Below are positions 53,097-64,000 of a stretch of 64,000 nt of DNA, in pieces. Position numbers and translations under genes: made by a program. Position 1 is the first letter of the stretch, and each line of letters begins with the position of its first letter. The DNA is taken from contig CM060731.1 in the NCBI GenBank assembly GCA_030704615.1, positions 46,500,001 to 46,564,000 of the forward strand. The letters are read 5' to 3'. The DNA comes from Takakia lepidozioides. Taxonomy: Eukaryota > Plantae > Bryophyta. The notes below the pieces were generated by a model. That model was not told the DNA's origin. It did no database searches and saw nothing but the letters and a program-made list of their open reading frames with translations.

Positions 53097-53989
53097 TGTA
53101 AGAATGCATTATTCTGCAAAGATCACAAGTTCAAAGGTACAGTGGCCCGTAAACGATGTGCAAAAGACTGTATACAGCTCGGCTTGCAGTTCTGTGGAGG
53201 CGCATCTTCCAGCCAAGGCTGGGCGAATGTGAAATCCATGGAATCAGATGAAGTGGGTAGGAGAGCCAGCCGCATGTACAGTGAAAGGACAACTGATTGA
53301 GAGCCTGGATCCTTTCAACAATTTTCGGAGAGGCTACAGCTTGAGGTTCGATGACGATGTTGAAAACAAAACACACATTCTTCCCTGGCTCCTAGGGAGC
53401 AAAATCAATCTCAACCTGAGAAAACGGCGCGTCTACTTAAATCTAGGAGCAAATAGTTTTAAGTCAAGCATCCAATGGTTTCAGACAATGTACCCTTGCG
53501 ACTTCACTGAGATCCATGCATTCAAGGTAGTGGAAACTGTGCTAAAAATCCCAATTGCTGGACCTAAGGAAAAAAAGAATTGGAGTCCAGAAAATCCAGA
53601 GTCAGTCCGAGTGCAAGAGCCGGCAGGTGTTCCACAGCGGATGCTTGATCGTATAAAAATCCATAACAGATTTGTGTCTGATTTCGACAACCTGGCCATG
53701 AATGCCACCAATATTACACGATTCATCAGAGAGGAGCTAAAGCTTATAGCAGCCGACACGCTTGTGATTAAGATGGACATAGAGGGAAGCAAATGGCCAA
53801 TCCTGGAGAGATGGATTCCTGATCAGGATATAGCGGATATTGTTGATGAATTGTTCGTGGAAATCCACTATAGCGATCCTAGCATGGGCTATTTTTGGTT
53901 GGGACAAATTTAATCACACCCGAGAGGAGGCTACCTGGCTGCTCGCTGCACTTCGAGCTAAAGGATTCTACGTCCATGCTTGGCCTTGA
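53097..53989 (+). pseudogene. SAM-dependent methyltransferase-like (FkbM/Methyltransf_21-type) gene, disrupted and 5'-truncated
   Basis: RRVYLNLGAN, EIHAF, VIKMDIEGS, IVDELFVEIHY and a frameshifted tail HTREEATWLLAALRAKGFYVHAWP*. Frameshifts near 53247 and 53890; no start codon after the MITE. Confidence 0.65.
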
Positions 53990-56019
53990 TCTGATTGTTT
54001 GGACATGGCTCAGCAAGAGAGCCTGTAGAAAGCTGAACATTCCTTAAGCCTATGTTACACATTTGCAGTACTTCAAACTTGTCGAGATGGTTCTTTCAAT
54101 CCACAAACCACTGTCGTGCATCAGTCTCAAATTGCGCTAAATAAGTCGACTACAACTGTAGCAAACTTCAAAGTCAAATTGTTTGTGCACAATAAAGACC
54201 TGACTAGCTAGTTCACGAACAACCTTTCTTTCTAGAGGAGACAACTGATCATTTGTACCACCAATCCTACAACACTACACTGATCTACACTGCAGCTTTC
54301 AAAATTTTGTCTTGGGATCCAGTTCCCTATCTCCTTCAAGGTTGGTTTGCTCTATTGCTGGACACATCACTTCAATTATGAATGCATAGTCAACGTGGAA
54401 CCCAAGAAGCAAAGCTAACTCTAGCTACCTGATACCAGGAGCAACAGATGCACCGTGCTCAGGCTATGATATTGTCTCGGTTTTGCAGGCAACGTCTCCT
54501 GAACATTGTCGATTAGCCCTAAGTACGTATGCCTGAAGGGCCCCACAAAGAAACTTTTTCCTTTCTTCTTGAAGGCGTTGGTGATCGGTATGTTGATCGG
54601 GTAGCAAAGTCGCTGTAGTTTTTCATTGTCTGTGAATGATTCATACAAGAGTGATACATGGGTAACTGAGGCGGTAGTTGCATAATATCGACCCTCCGGA
54701 TTTTGGGCTACCACCAACCGTGCTCACATGTCGAAAGATAAAGGTTGAAATGATTGATGTGAGATAAACGGGATGCATAACATGGGCTTTAGTTCGTGTC
54801 GGGAAGGGTGGGTGACGAGCTGGCAGCTAGGTGCACACTCCACTAAAAATAACAATTAACATTTTTTCTTTTTATTATCAATATATGAAGCGAGGTAGTT
54901 TGTTTTGTTTTGTTTTGTTTTGTTTGGTAGCGTGTTGAGCCCAAACCGTGGGGCCCCAGCCCATGTGCTTGGTGCTGTTGGAAAGTTTATAATACATTAC
55001 TATCAAGCATAACTCATGCCCACTGCTCATGACCTGTTTCAAAGCAAGCAGGTAGAGTAAGAGACTAGCCTCACAATAACATACCAACAAAAACTACACA
55101 ATCTGACCTCAAGCACGTGCTAGCGGCCGCTACCAATCATCCTGAAATTTTGAGAAGTGGCCACCGCCAGTCGAGTCTCTATAAATGGACTGAATTTCAC
55201 CTGATGTCCCCACCGGCCCTTATTATTTTTGAGCTCTCCCTCAACATGTCAACATCACTACGGCAAGCAAAGTATATGGTGTACACAATCTCTATGGATA
55301 AAGGTATGTACTAAACCAACAAATATCTAGTAAAACCATGAACTCGGGAGAAAGTTAGAGACAAGGCAGTAAGATGACAAGAAACATGATGCAAATTCTC
55401 AAAGAAGATTGCTTGGGTATGCAACTTATCACTGTCAATCTCCCCACACCAATAGTACAACACTAAGACATGGAGGTCTCCAAATCTTTCAATCCAGCTG
55501 CAAGTAGATGACAAAGGCTGCATCTGTCAAACGCATAATTCTACGACTGCTACGAATCAGCAACTAAATGACACCATATAGAACTTGACATCATTAATTA
55601 ATGTTGTAACACCATCGAGGAGACATACCTCAATCGTCTCCATAGTCCAACTAACACTCCAAATGTCCCCAACAATTAAGAAACAAATCCAACAGGTCAT
55701 AAGTGATCTAACCCAAAACACTGATATTGCGAAGGTTAAGAGACACAAAGGCCAACTACGTACAGTGCCTTCACCCAACTCATAATCCAAGAAGCTCCTT
55801 CCACCTGGGCTCCTTGCTTCATCCCACATTCCATCTTTGTCATAAATATCATGGTAGACATGACACCTGCCATTTAGGACTGTTCCTTTCCTAAAATACT
55901 ACTGTCTTGTAGAAAGACACATGACTTGATATATTGCACAGCGCCAGGATCGTAGGCTAAATAACATGTGTCCATGACAGTTCACAATTGTTATCAAAAA
56001 GATGAGTTCACCTGGAATT

Positions 56020-56326
56020 GAATATGCCAGATACACACCATCGTTTCTGAATGCAGCCCTGGCCTCACTCCTGGCTTGCTGCACAAAAACAAAAACCAGT
56101 ATCAACAGAGGCGACCTATCAAACTTAGTTTACTGCTCCCATAACTGTGCCTGCCAAAAAAATTCCGTGAAATTAAAAAAGATGAACCAGTTTCTTGGGC
56201 ATTTGCAGCCCTCGATGTCAAACATATGAGGACGAGGAATATATGGAGTAGTACCTGGAGCAGTTTCACAAACTCACTAGGCTCATATCCTAGGGGCATA
56301 CCACGACCCCCGCCTCCTGCTGTTGC
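56020..56326 (-). pseudogene. Two-exon fragment of plastid acetyl-CoA carboxylase biotin carboxylase subunit
   Basis: ATAGGGGRGMPLGYEPSEFVKLLQ|intron|QARSEARAAFRNDGVYL, with GT-AG intron 56253-56079 retained. Confidence 0.85.
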
Positions 56327-57276
56327 CTGGCCAATCACAACACAAGATACAAACTATCAAGTTAGTTCATAATGCAAAACACTTTAGAGAGACTTTTCAG
56401 GAAAACCACCAATGAAGTTGCAAGAGGAAAATGAACCAACAAATAGCACCTGGCACCCCGCGGCCAGCCCCACCATGCATCCCACATCGTCGGTGTCCGT
56501 TCCATGTTTCGTCCCCCGATGGGGAAATTCCGTCCGCTCTAGCCAGGAACGCATCCCACTTCCGTCCACATTGTCGGTGTCCGTCCGCGGTGGGATCTAG
56601 GTAGGATAAATTAAGTTCAGAGAACTACAAGCAAGCACACATGATATCACCATTCACCAAGGATAATAATAACCATCATACTCAGTTCCATCACAAAGAA
56701 TGTACTCATCATTTTCTGTACCCTTGTGGCCGTACATCCTTCCATCACCAAGAGAAGGATAGCAGGAAGACAATCACTTTTGCTGAACACTCTAGAAAGA
56801 ACTCAATAGAACTCAGTTCTCTTTTGCCCATAACACACAGCTATTTCTGATTCTAATCTTCACACAGAATGGGAGAGGATAGATGGGTGTCTTCTTACTT
56901 TCTGAATCATCTTTTTAGTCAGGACTGTTGGTTGCGAGAGCCAGAAACTTCAGGACCAGAATACTGTCACAGTCTGTTTTTAGGTACTGTGACCTTTGGT
57001 TGCTGGCTAGTAAGTCGAGCCGACAAGCTATGCCCAACTCTAAGTCCACCTGCAACCAACAAAGCATTCACCTTTCACATCCTGTGCTAAACTATAAGCA
57101 GCAGAATAAAAAACATTTAAGCACATGAATGACATGCAATCCCCGAGGGTGAAAAATCACATAAAGTATTTCGGGGCTTAGGCAGAGCTATGAACCTCAT
57201 AGAGGACCCATTATAATGCTGACAATACCATGCAGGAAGGGAAATATGTAACAGGGAAAAACATCAACCCGACTCA

Positions 57277-57441
57277 CGATCGAGCACCAGCTGTACCGAC
57301 TCGCCATCATCAAAAACCTTGTAGTTGTCAGGTCGTCCAGAAGTGTTGATGAATTGTTCCCACTGCTATGTGCTTGGCCTCATGCTCCGTGCGTCCCATG
57401 ACTACACTCGACAATATCACAAGCGATCCTAATAGCAACAT
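57277..57441 (-). pseudogene. Possible first-exon fragment of a xyloglucan endotransglucosylase/hydrolase (XTH, GH16)
   Basis: Signal-peptide-like MLLLGSLVILSSVVMG, a frameshift, then EQFINTSGRPDNYKVFDDGESVQLVLD followed by a gtgagt donor. Confidence 0.45.
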
Positions 57442-58039
57442 GACATAATTATAATTATATAAGATGACCCAAAGCTGGAGAACTGAGGCAAGCTCTGAGA
57501 AGTGCGAGGTATACCATGCCAGAGAAGACTAGAAGACGAATCCTTCTGCCCGTTGGGCGCTGGACTCCGGAGCTCACAGAGACACCGGGGGAAAGCTCGC
57601 GGACATGGCCGATGACTTGAGGGGGGGGAATCACGCTTTTTGCTTGTTGCCTTAACTTCGGCATCCAAGGTGCAAATTTTGAAGATTTTCGGCAAGATTT
57701 TTTGAGATTTTGTGTAATTTCGGCAGGATTTGGTGACTTATTAAAAAAAAAACCGTTACAAGGATTTATGAATTGTTTAATGTTGGACAGCGTAGGCAGG
57801 TATGATAATATTTTTTTAATTTCTTTTAGAAAAAAGAAACACCTGGGAGCTACAGCGCACAAATCATGCCCCTTGGTATTTACTATCAAATTACTTAATA
57901 ACATGGAATATGTAATTTCATAAAAGTCTTATTGGGGGAGTGTAGGACCGGATGTAATCTGAGGAGAAGTTCATTTAGGGCATGCGTTATATGGGGAGGT
58001 GTAACAGGGAGTTGACATATTTTTGACAGTGATGGGTGG

Positions 58040-59400
58040 TCTCCTCTTTAGGGAGGAGCCAAAAAACATTTATCAATTTATTATTGGACAGATAAATTAC
58101 GTGGTCGTTGTGTGTAAGTTAGTTTGCACTAAGGGCCGCTTTACACTAGGGCCCGGGCCCAAGACCAAGTGAGAATGGAGCATTCCCATTGGCGGAGGCC
58201 TGAAAATTGGGCCCAACGGCTTTACACTATGGCCCGAGCCCAAGAAAATGAAGTGGGTCATTTGCCTACATGGCACCTACATGGCACAAGTTTTGGCGCC
58301 AACTTCTTGGGCCGGACCAAGAAAAATGAACCCTCCTAGAATGGAGACCCAACTCTGAGCGCTTGGGCCCAAGAAGTTTGGTATTAAAATAGACTATTTT
58401 TGTGCGATCGTGACTGTTTGATCATGACCGTTGAAGTTGGCCCAAGACCAGCCCAAGAGTGGTAGAAATTGGGCCCAAGATTTCTTAGGCTTGGGCCCTA
58501 GTATAAAGCGGCCCTAAGTGTCTGTTGAAACTTGAAAATGTTTGTCAAGAACACAATGCTCTAATCAATTCATTATAGGAACAAAAAAAATTATTAGCTT
58601 ATTATTAGATAAATTTAGATGTGTTAGGTTGGTAAGTGTGTGTTGACAATGTCTATCAAGAACACACGTCGAGTGACTCAAGTGTATTAACTAATCAATT
58701 GCATGAACAACAAGAATCTATTAACTTATTATTGGACATAAATATCACATAAAATATAATTTATGTGGTAACTGTACGTGTAGGTTAGGTTGCACTAAGA
58801 GTGTATTGACTTGATGTCTGTCAAGAACACAATGCTTAGGTGTATTAACTAATTCATTACAGGAACAACGACAATTTATTAGCTTATTATTAGATAAATT
58901 TAGGATGGGTTAGGTTGTAGGTAGATCAACTAATCAATTGCAGGACTAATATGATTCTACCAACTTATTATTGGGCATATAAACTAGGTGGTCAGTGTGT
59001 GCACGGTAGGTTGCTAAGTATGTGTTGATAATGTCTATCAAGAAACATAATGCTTATATTTAACTATGTATTAACTATGTATATTTAACTATATATTATA
59101 TTTAAATATGTATTAACTATTTCATTACAGAAACGACAAGACTATACTAGCTTATTATTAGGCAACTTTAGGTGGGTTAGGTTTGTAAGTGTGTGTTGAC
59201 AATGTTTGTCAAGAACATGCTCACAAGAATACACTCAGGTGTATTAACTACTTAATTACACGAACAATAAAAATAAGTTAGCTTATGTCATTGTGTGTGG
59301 ATTACATTGCTAGGGATTAAAACACACTCAGGTGTATTGCGTAATCAAATACAAGAACAACAAGAATCCACTAATTATTATTAGGCATATAATCTAATGT
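58040..59400. repeat. Degenerate AT-rich tandem repeat array
   Basis: Recurrent GTGTATTAACTAAT...GAACAACAAGAAT...AGCTTATTATTAG...GTTAGGTT...GTCAAGAACAC blocks. Confidence 0.75.
58133..58514. mobile_element. PIF/Harbinger (Tourist-like) MITE
   Basis: TIRs GGGCCGCTTTACACTAGGGCCC / GGGCCCTAGTATAAAGCGGCCC with TAA on both sides; internal GGGCCCAAGA repeats. Confidence 0.9.
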
Positions 59401-60112
59401 AGTACATCAAGTTTGGCTCGGATTTATGCCAAAAGTCCGGATTTAGTTAAAATTGAGATGTGCTATGATAAAATAATAATAAATGTGTTGTTACCTTTAG
59501 AGACTTTGGTTGAAATCATATATTTAATCTCCACATATGCACTACTGCAAGCACCTTCCATGAGCGCAAATATAAATTCATGAGCTTGGCCCTCTAGATG
59601 CAATTTTGCATTTCAAGCCCTTGGGGTGGAATTGCGTCTGCTTTGGCAAGAATCTTTCTCCTCTTCCTCCTCCCATTACAAACACTTGAGTGTATTATTG
59701 AATCTAAGTATTAAATATATTATATTAACTCAATTTTTTTCCCCGAGTACATGTGTGTGTAGAAATGTTGAAAAAGCAAGGTTTTTCTCCCATATCACAA
59801 CTTGCGAAGGATATATTATTGTTCACTTTTGTTCTGCCAATCATCATTATTGGATGTCTTTCCCTAGTATCAGCATACGATTACACGTTGTACCTCGTGA
59901 ACGAGTTGGAGTACCCACTGCGTTTTAGATGCGCATATGACGATCCTCCTCGTACAAACATGGCAATTGTAAGAACTCTCCATCCGATTCCTGAATATCA
60001 CCTCATAATTTATCTTATTTATATTGAAAAGCTTCCTAACAAGTTGTACATGATTGTATTTAGGCCAATCCATAATTTGTTATCTTTGCAGAATAATTCA
60101 TTCTCATATGGA

Positions 60113-62215
60113 CCCGTAAGTGCCTAGTCGGCCCATTATGGACATTTTTTATTTTTTATTTTTTTGGTGTGTCATATTTCAATAAACTGATCCAAAATTT
60201 TGAGCTTCTAATGTCATCCACATGGTAGATAGGTATCCAATGCATGATTTGTAGGATTTTTTTTATTAGCGTTTCAATTTTCCAAATCAAATGAAGGATT
60301 AAAGTCTGGTGCATGGTGTGAGAATTTCATATCTCCGGCACATGAGAAAACTCTCCTCCTACATGAGAAAATGCCTCCCACAATATTGACCCAGTTTGGT
60401 TGGCCCAAGTGTCACTACCCCGTCTTTTGCCCGGAATACATTTTGTTTCTTGGATTGGATGCAAGATCCCACCAAGGATGAACTGGGAGCAGATCTAGTT
60501 AATTTGGAAATCATCTCATCACCCAAATCTTCAAAATATGAAGGACTTCCCATTTGTAATTTTGGTTTGTGCGGCCCAAAAATGGGCCCCACTTGCAACG
60601 GTGGGCTTTTCTCAAATTTCACCCAAATGCCTTACAAATTGGCAGACATCTTTAGCATGTGTAGGTATGCACATAATGAGCGGTCAGAATTTTAAAATCG
60701 TGTTTTTTTCCCCACAAAATTAGAAGGTTTTTCAGCCTAGGAATTGGATTTTTGAAAAGAATAAAAATGACTATTGGGCATTTAAGGGTTAACTTTGGCA
60801 GTGGCTAGATTTGATAAACTACCATATCTTTATGATATACATTTTTTGACTTTATAGGTTTATTATTATTGTAATTATTATCTCAAACATGTTTTCTAAT
60901 TCATTTTGGATCACTATGTCTTTTTCCTCTCTCCTAAGAATAAGAATGAAAATTTCAAGTGCGTGATACATTGTAAATTAGATATTGTAAACCCCATAAT
61001 TTGTAGCTCTTGTACACGCAAAAATACATCTTCACTGCATTATCCTATTGACGATTTCAATCATAAGCATTGCAGACTCCTCTTACACACATGACAGGCC
61101 AAATTCATATTACGTGGGGGAGCCACGCGACGATCGTTACTTGTAGGGCTACATATACTGATTCAACAGGGTCTTATCACTCTCGCAAATGGCAAGCTGC
61201 TGGAATATGGTACCAAGGAACATCAATTATTTGGCAAATTAATAGTAACGGTGCTTGTTATTATCATGATCATCAAGGCAAGGAAAACTGTCGACCAACG
61301 TGGTCTAATTGGTAGGTTGTGAACCATGTGATATCTAGGTTTAGAAGTGAAAAATAGTGCGATAGACCAAATCTAGTTGGATGTTGTGAATTGTGAATCA
61401 ACGATCCTCTACTACTTTCAGTCAAGTGGGGGATGTGGCCCAACATGCATGTAACGATGTCTAGCTAGTGGTAGCACAGAATGCAATGCATGCACTTAGA
61501 GCAGTTTTTAATGAGACTTAGGTAGTTGCATGAAAAGTGATCTTGATGGATGGAGTGACGAGTAGTCTTTTGTAGAGGTCTAAGAGGGTATAACAACCAA
61601 CCTTCCTATTGTTATTCACCTCTCATCATGGTTTTTATTTTATATAGCGGTGGGCCAAATTAAACGGTGGCTTCTGCTACTTAATGGATTGGGCCAATGT
61701 TATCTTTGTCTCTTTTTGGTATTTGTTTAGCAGCACACTGAGCTGTTGTGCATAAGTAATAAAGATGATTTTGAAGGAGTACAATGATAAGTGGAAACTA
61801 ATCAGATTTTATGACATGTAGTGATCCTAGATCGTGTTAATGTATCAATTGTATTTTAAAGGTAGGTTCTTCCAGCTTCTTGGATTCCCTTCTATGATCC
61901 TACTTGTACTTGCATCCCCATTCTCTAATCCTCTTGTTTGCATTCATCCCCCTTCGCTCATCCCTTAATATCCGGCCCTTTCTTGAGATCTTATCTGATC
62001 CCTCATTGTCTTATGGATCATTATGGAAAAAACTTTTCTTGAACATTGATCAAACTTTTCTAAGAACTTAACCGAGTGAAATGCAATAGGCCATTCTAAA
62101 AGGGGACTGAGACAATACAAAATAGACTTGAGGAAATAGTGAAGGGATTTAAACACCTCTTTTCTTTCTTAGCCATCTTGACCAACTTTTTTGCATTTTA
62201 ACAATTCATTTTGCG
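60113..62215 (-). repeat. Right arm of the inverted duplication (includes piggyBac-like MITE 60113-60788 and the empty LTR target site)
   Basis: Reverse complement matches 45967-47351 and 52494-53096. A single CTAAT lies at ~60978-60982. Confidence 0.92.
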
Positions 62216-62283
62216 CATGTTGGCGGTCGCATTTGTGGTGTGAAAAAAAGGGGCCTCAGTAAATGACCACTTCTCACCCATTG

Positions 62284-63727
62284 TCATCTTCCTCCTGTAA
62301 CTCTGCATAGGCTTCTCTTTGTGCTTGAGATAGATGTCATGTTCAAAACTCCAACAAAGCTTGTTTCTTGGTCTTTTGTTGCTCCACAGAAATTGTCATC
62401 TTCATCATTCTCATATCTCTCCGCCTCTTCAACCCATTCCATATCAAAAGTATCCTTGTGCACTAGATTATACAACAAGATACTAAAAGTGCAAGATGCC
62501 TAAGCGGTATGTCTATCCGTTTCATCAAAATCCGCCACCGTCCTTTTAGTATGCCAAATGCACTTTCTACACTCATTCTGGTGTAGCAGACTGGAGAAAG
62601 TTCCAATTAGCTTCTTCATTTGATAGTCCACCTATTCTTCCTTTGAACGAAGTATATATCTAAGATCTGTCTGGATAAGCACAATCACCAATGAATTTGA
62701 AAGACAAATATTCTCCTCTCATGCTTTTCCTCCCAATCTCTGTGCATTGGAACAAAGTCCAATCGTGTAACGAGCCTGCCCAACCAAATTCATAGTCCCA
62801 AAAAATGCAGTTTGCATCCACTACACCTTATAACAAACAAGAATAGAATCTTTTTCGATTGTAGTAATCACCAGGACTGTTACAAGGAGCCATGATAGGT
62901 ATATGGCTCCCATCTATCGCCCCAATAATATTAGGGATTGTGGAGTGCTTCAAATTGATCTGCCATGTTTTTCAATCTAGCAATACTGGGATGTCTCGTA
63001 TACAGAGGTTTTAGGTATGTATTTACCGCTCTACAAAACTCTCGCACTACTATCGCTACTGTACTCTTTGCCATACCATAAACCTCTCCCACCATCTCCA
63101 ATGAATTTCCAGTGGCAATTCTTGAAAGAGCGACAGCCACTCTGGTTTCCACAGGAATTGCCTTGTGCATTGGTGTATCTTGCTTTTGCATAACAGATGC
63201 CACTTTCCCACATATGTAGTGGAATGTCTCAATGCTCACTCTGCATCGCTTCCTGAACATTTTCTCTGTATAGCTTCCGAGCAGCAGCCTATCAGTGAAG
63301 CCTTCTAATCTGTTGTGCATCTAGAGAGACCGATGTCGAGGCATCCACTGAACACCTCCATAGCTAATCAATTCCAGAAGACATACGACAGTGCTCATAG
63401 TATCAAAATATTGTTGCAGAGCTATTGATTGAGTCCTTAAAACATGTTTAATGATGAGCTGTAGCGCCATGATAGTGCTCATTGCAACCAAGAGTTTGCG
63501 TCTGTCATCCATAGCTGCGAGAGTATAGAAGAGACACGGGAGAGAGACAACCTCAAGCAAAACCGTGGAGCCGGCGAAAATAGAGAATCGTTGGCTAAAG
63601 CGTTTTAGCCTGTCGACACTTAACACACGTTGCGTTTCAGCCTATCATGTCATCCCAACGAGCACCTGAGATGAGCGGCCAAAACGATTTTGGCCGCTCA
63701 TATCATGGCTTGTGTCTAAACCCGGCC
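62284..63727 (-). mobile_element. PIF/Harbinger transposon: DDE_Tnp_4 transposase pseudogene and one terminus
   Basis: ATG at 63512. Motifs AIPVETRVAVALSRIATG, IGAIDGSHIPI, DYYNRK, GWAGSLHD, IGDCAYP and AFGILKGRWRIL, with stops and frameshifts. Terminus TAA|GGCCGGGTTTAGAC ends at 63727. Confidence 0.92.
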
Positions 63728-63761
63728 TTAGCCTCACTCATTGTACTGCCCCCTAACAACC

Positions 63762-63940
63762 AGCATGGAGCCCAGTGGTAATGGGCACATACCACGTTGG
63801 ATGTGGTTGTGGGTTCAAACCACGGTCTGGTGTGTCATGAAGGTGTCCACTTTTCAGCTGGAAGGCAGTAGCCCTTTGTGGTGAAGTGACACCATAAGTT
63901 ACGCTCCCTTCGGGAGACGACATTTTATTTTTATTTTTTT
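63762..63940 (+). mobile_element. tRNA-derived SINE-like element
   Basis: A-box-like AGCCCAGTGG (63769-63778) and B-box GGTTCAAACC (63812-63821), then a ~100-bp body and a T-rich tail. It does not form a full cloverleaf. Confidence 0.55.
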
Positions 63941-64000
63941 TACTGGCCCCCCCAACATATTTATTTTTTGTATTTTCTTAAGAAGAAGGGACTGTAGCCC

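Larger units (their letters stand above)
54878..57876 (+). mobile_element. Putative Helitron-like element carrying captured gene fragments
   Basis: 5' end A|TCAATATATGAAG + (TTTTG)n + CCCAAACCG...TTGGAAAG, the same family as 1416. A 3'-type end GGGAGCTACAGCGCACAAATCATGCCCCTTGG|T lies at 57845-57876. Unrelated exon fragments lie between. The two ends belong to different repeat families. Confidence 0.5.

Noticed and set aside
55100-55860. AATNHPEIL (AAA-ATPase-like) and DIYDKDGMWDEAR (PPR E-domain-like) peptides
   Set aside because: Matches are too short to support a call.
59430-60110. ORFs 59626-60127
   Set aside because: No recognisable domain in any frame.
63762-63840. Functional tRNA gene
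   Set aside because: A and B boxes are present but there is no convincing acceptor stem or cloverleaf; treated as a SINE head.

Overview
Eukaryotic, intron-containing, transposon-rich plant nuclear DNA. A bryophyte (moss-like) origin is inferred from the repeat families and gene content, not proven. One apparently intact host gene is present: exonuclease 1 (EXO1, minus strand, about 14.7-20.2 kb), which carries two U12-type minor-spliceosome introns (one AT-AC, one GT-AG). The rest is a nest of transposons and gene debris: a head-to-tail Helitron-like concatemer (1.4-3.7 kb); a pogo-like element with an internal inversion (6.3-8.5 kb); several MITEs, including TTAA-flanked piggyBac-like ones; two Ty3/gypsy elements plus a gag/protease remnant with its own internal inversion; CACTA-like fragments; a Harbinger transposase pseudogene; and a tRNA-derived SINE-like element. 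A ~2.1-kb segment is duplicated in inverted orientation (46.0-53.1 kb versus 60.1-62.2 kb), giving both the filled and the empty site of a chromovirus insertion. Between the two arms lie a methyltransferase-like pseudogene and a Helitron-like element holding captured exons. The best candidate for undescribed biology is 24.6-32.1 kb, where PLS-type PPR motifs and OSB-type 'PDF' ssDNA-binding motifs are repeatedly interleaved and amplified on the same strand, suggesting decayed PDF-PPR chimeric genes. All calls were made by eye; no database searches were run.
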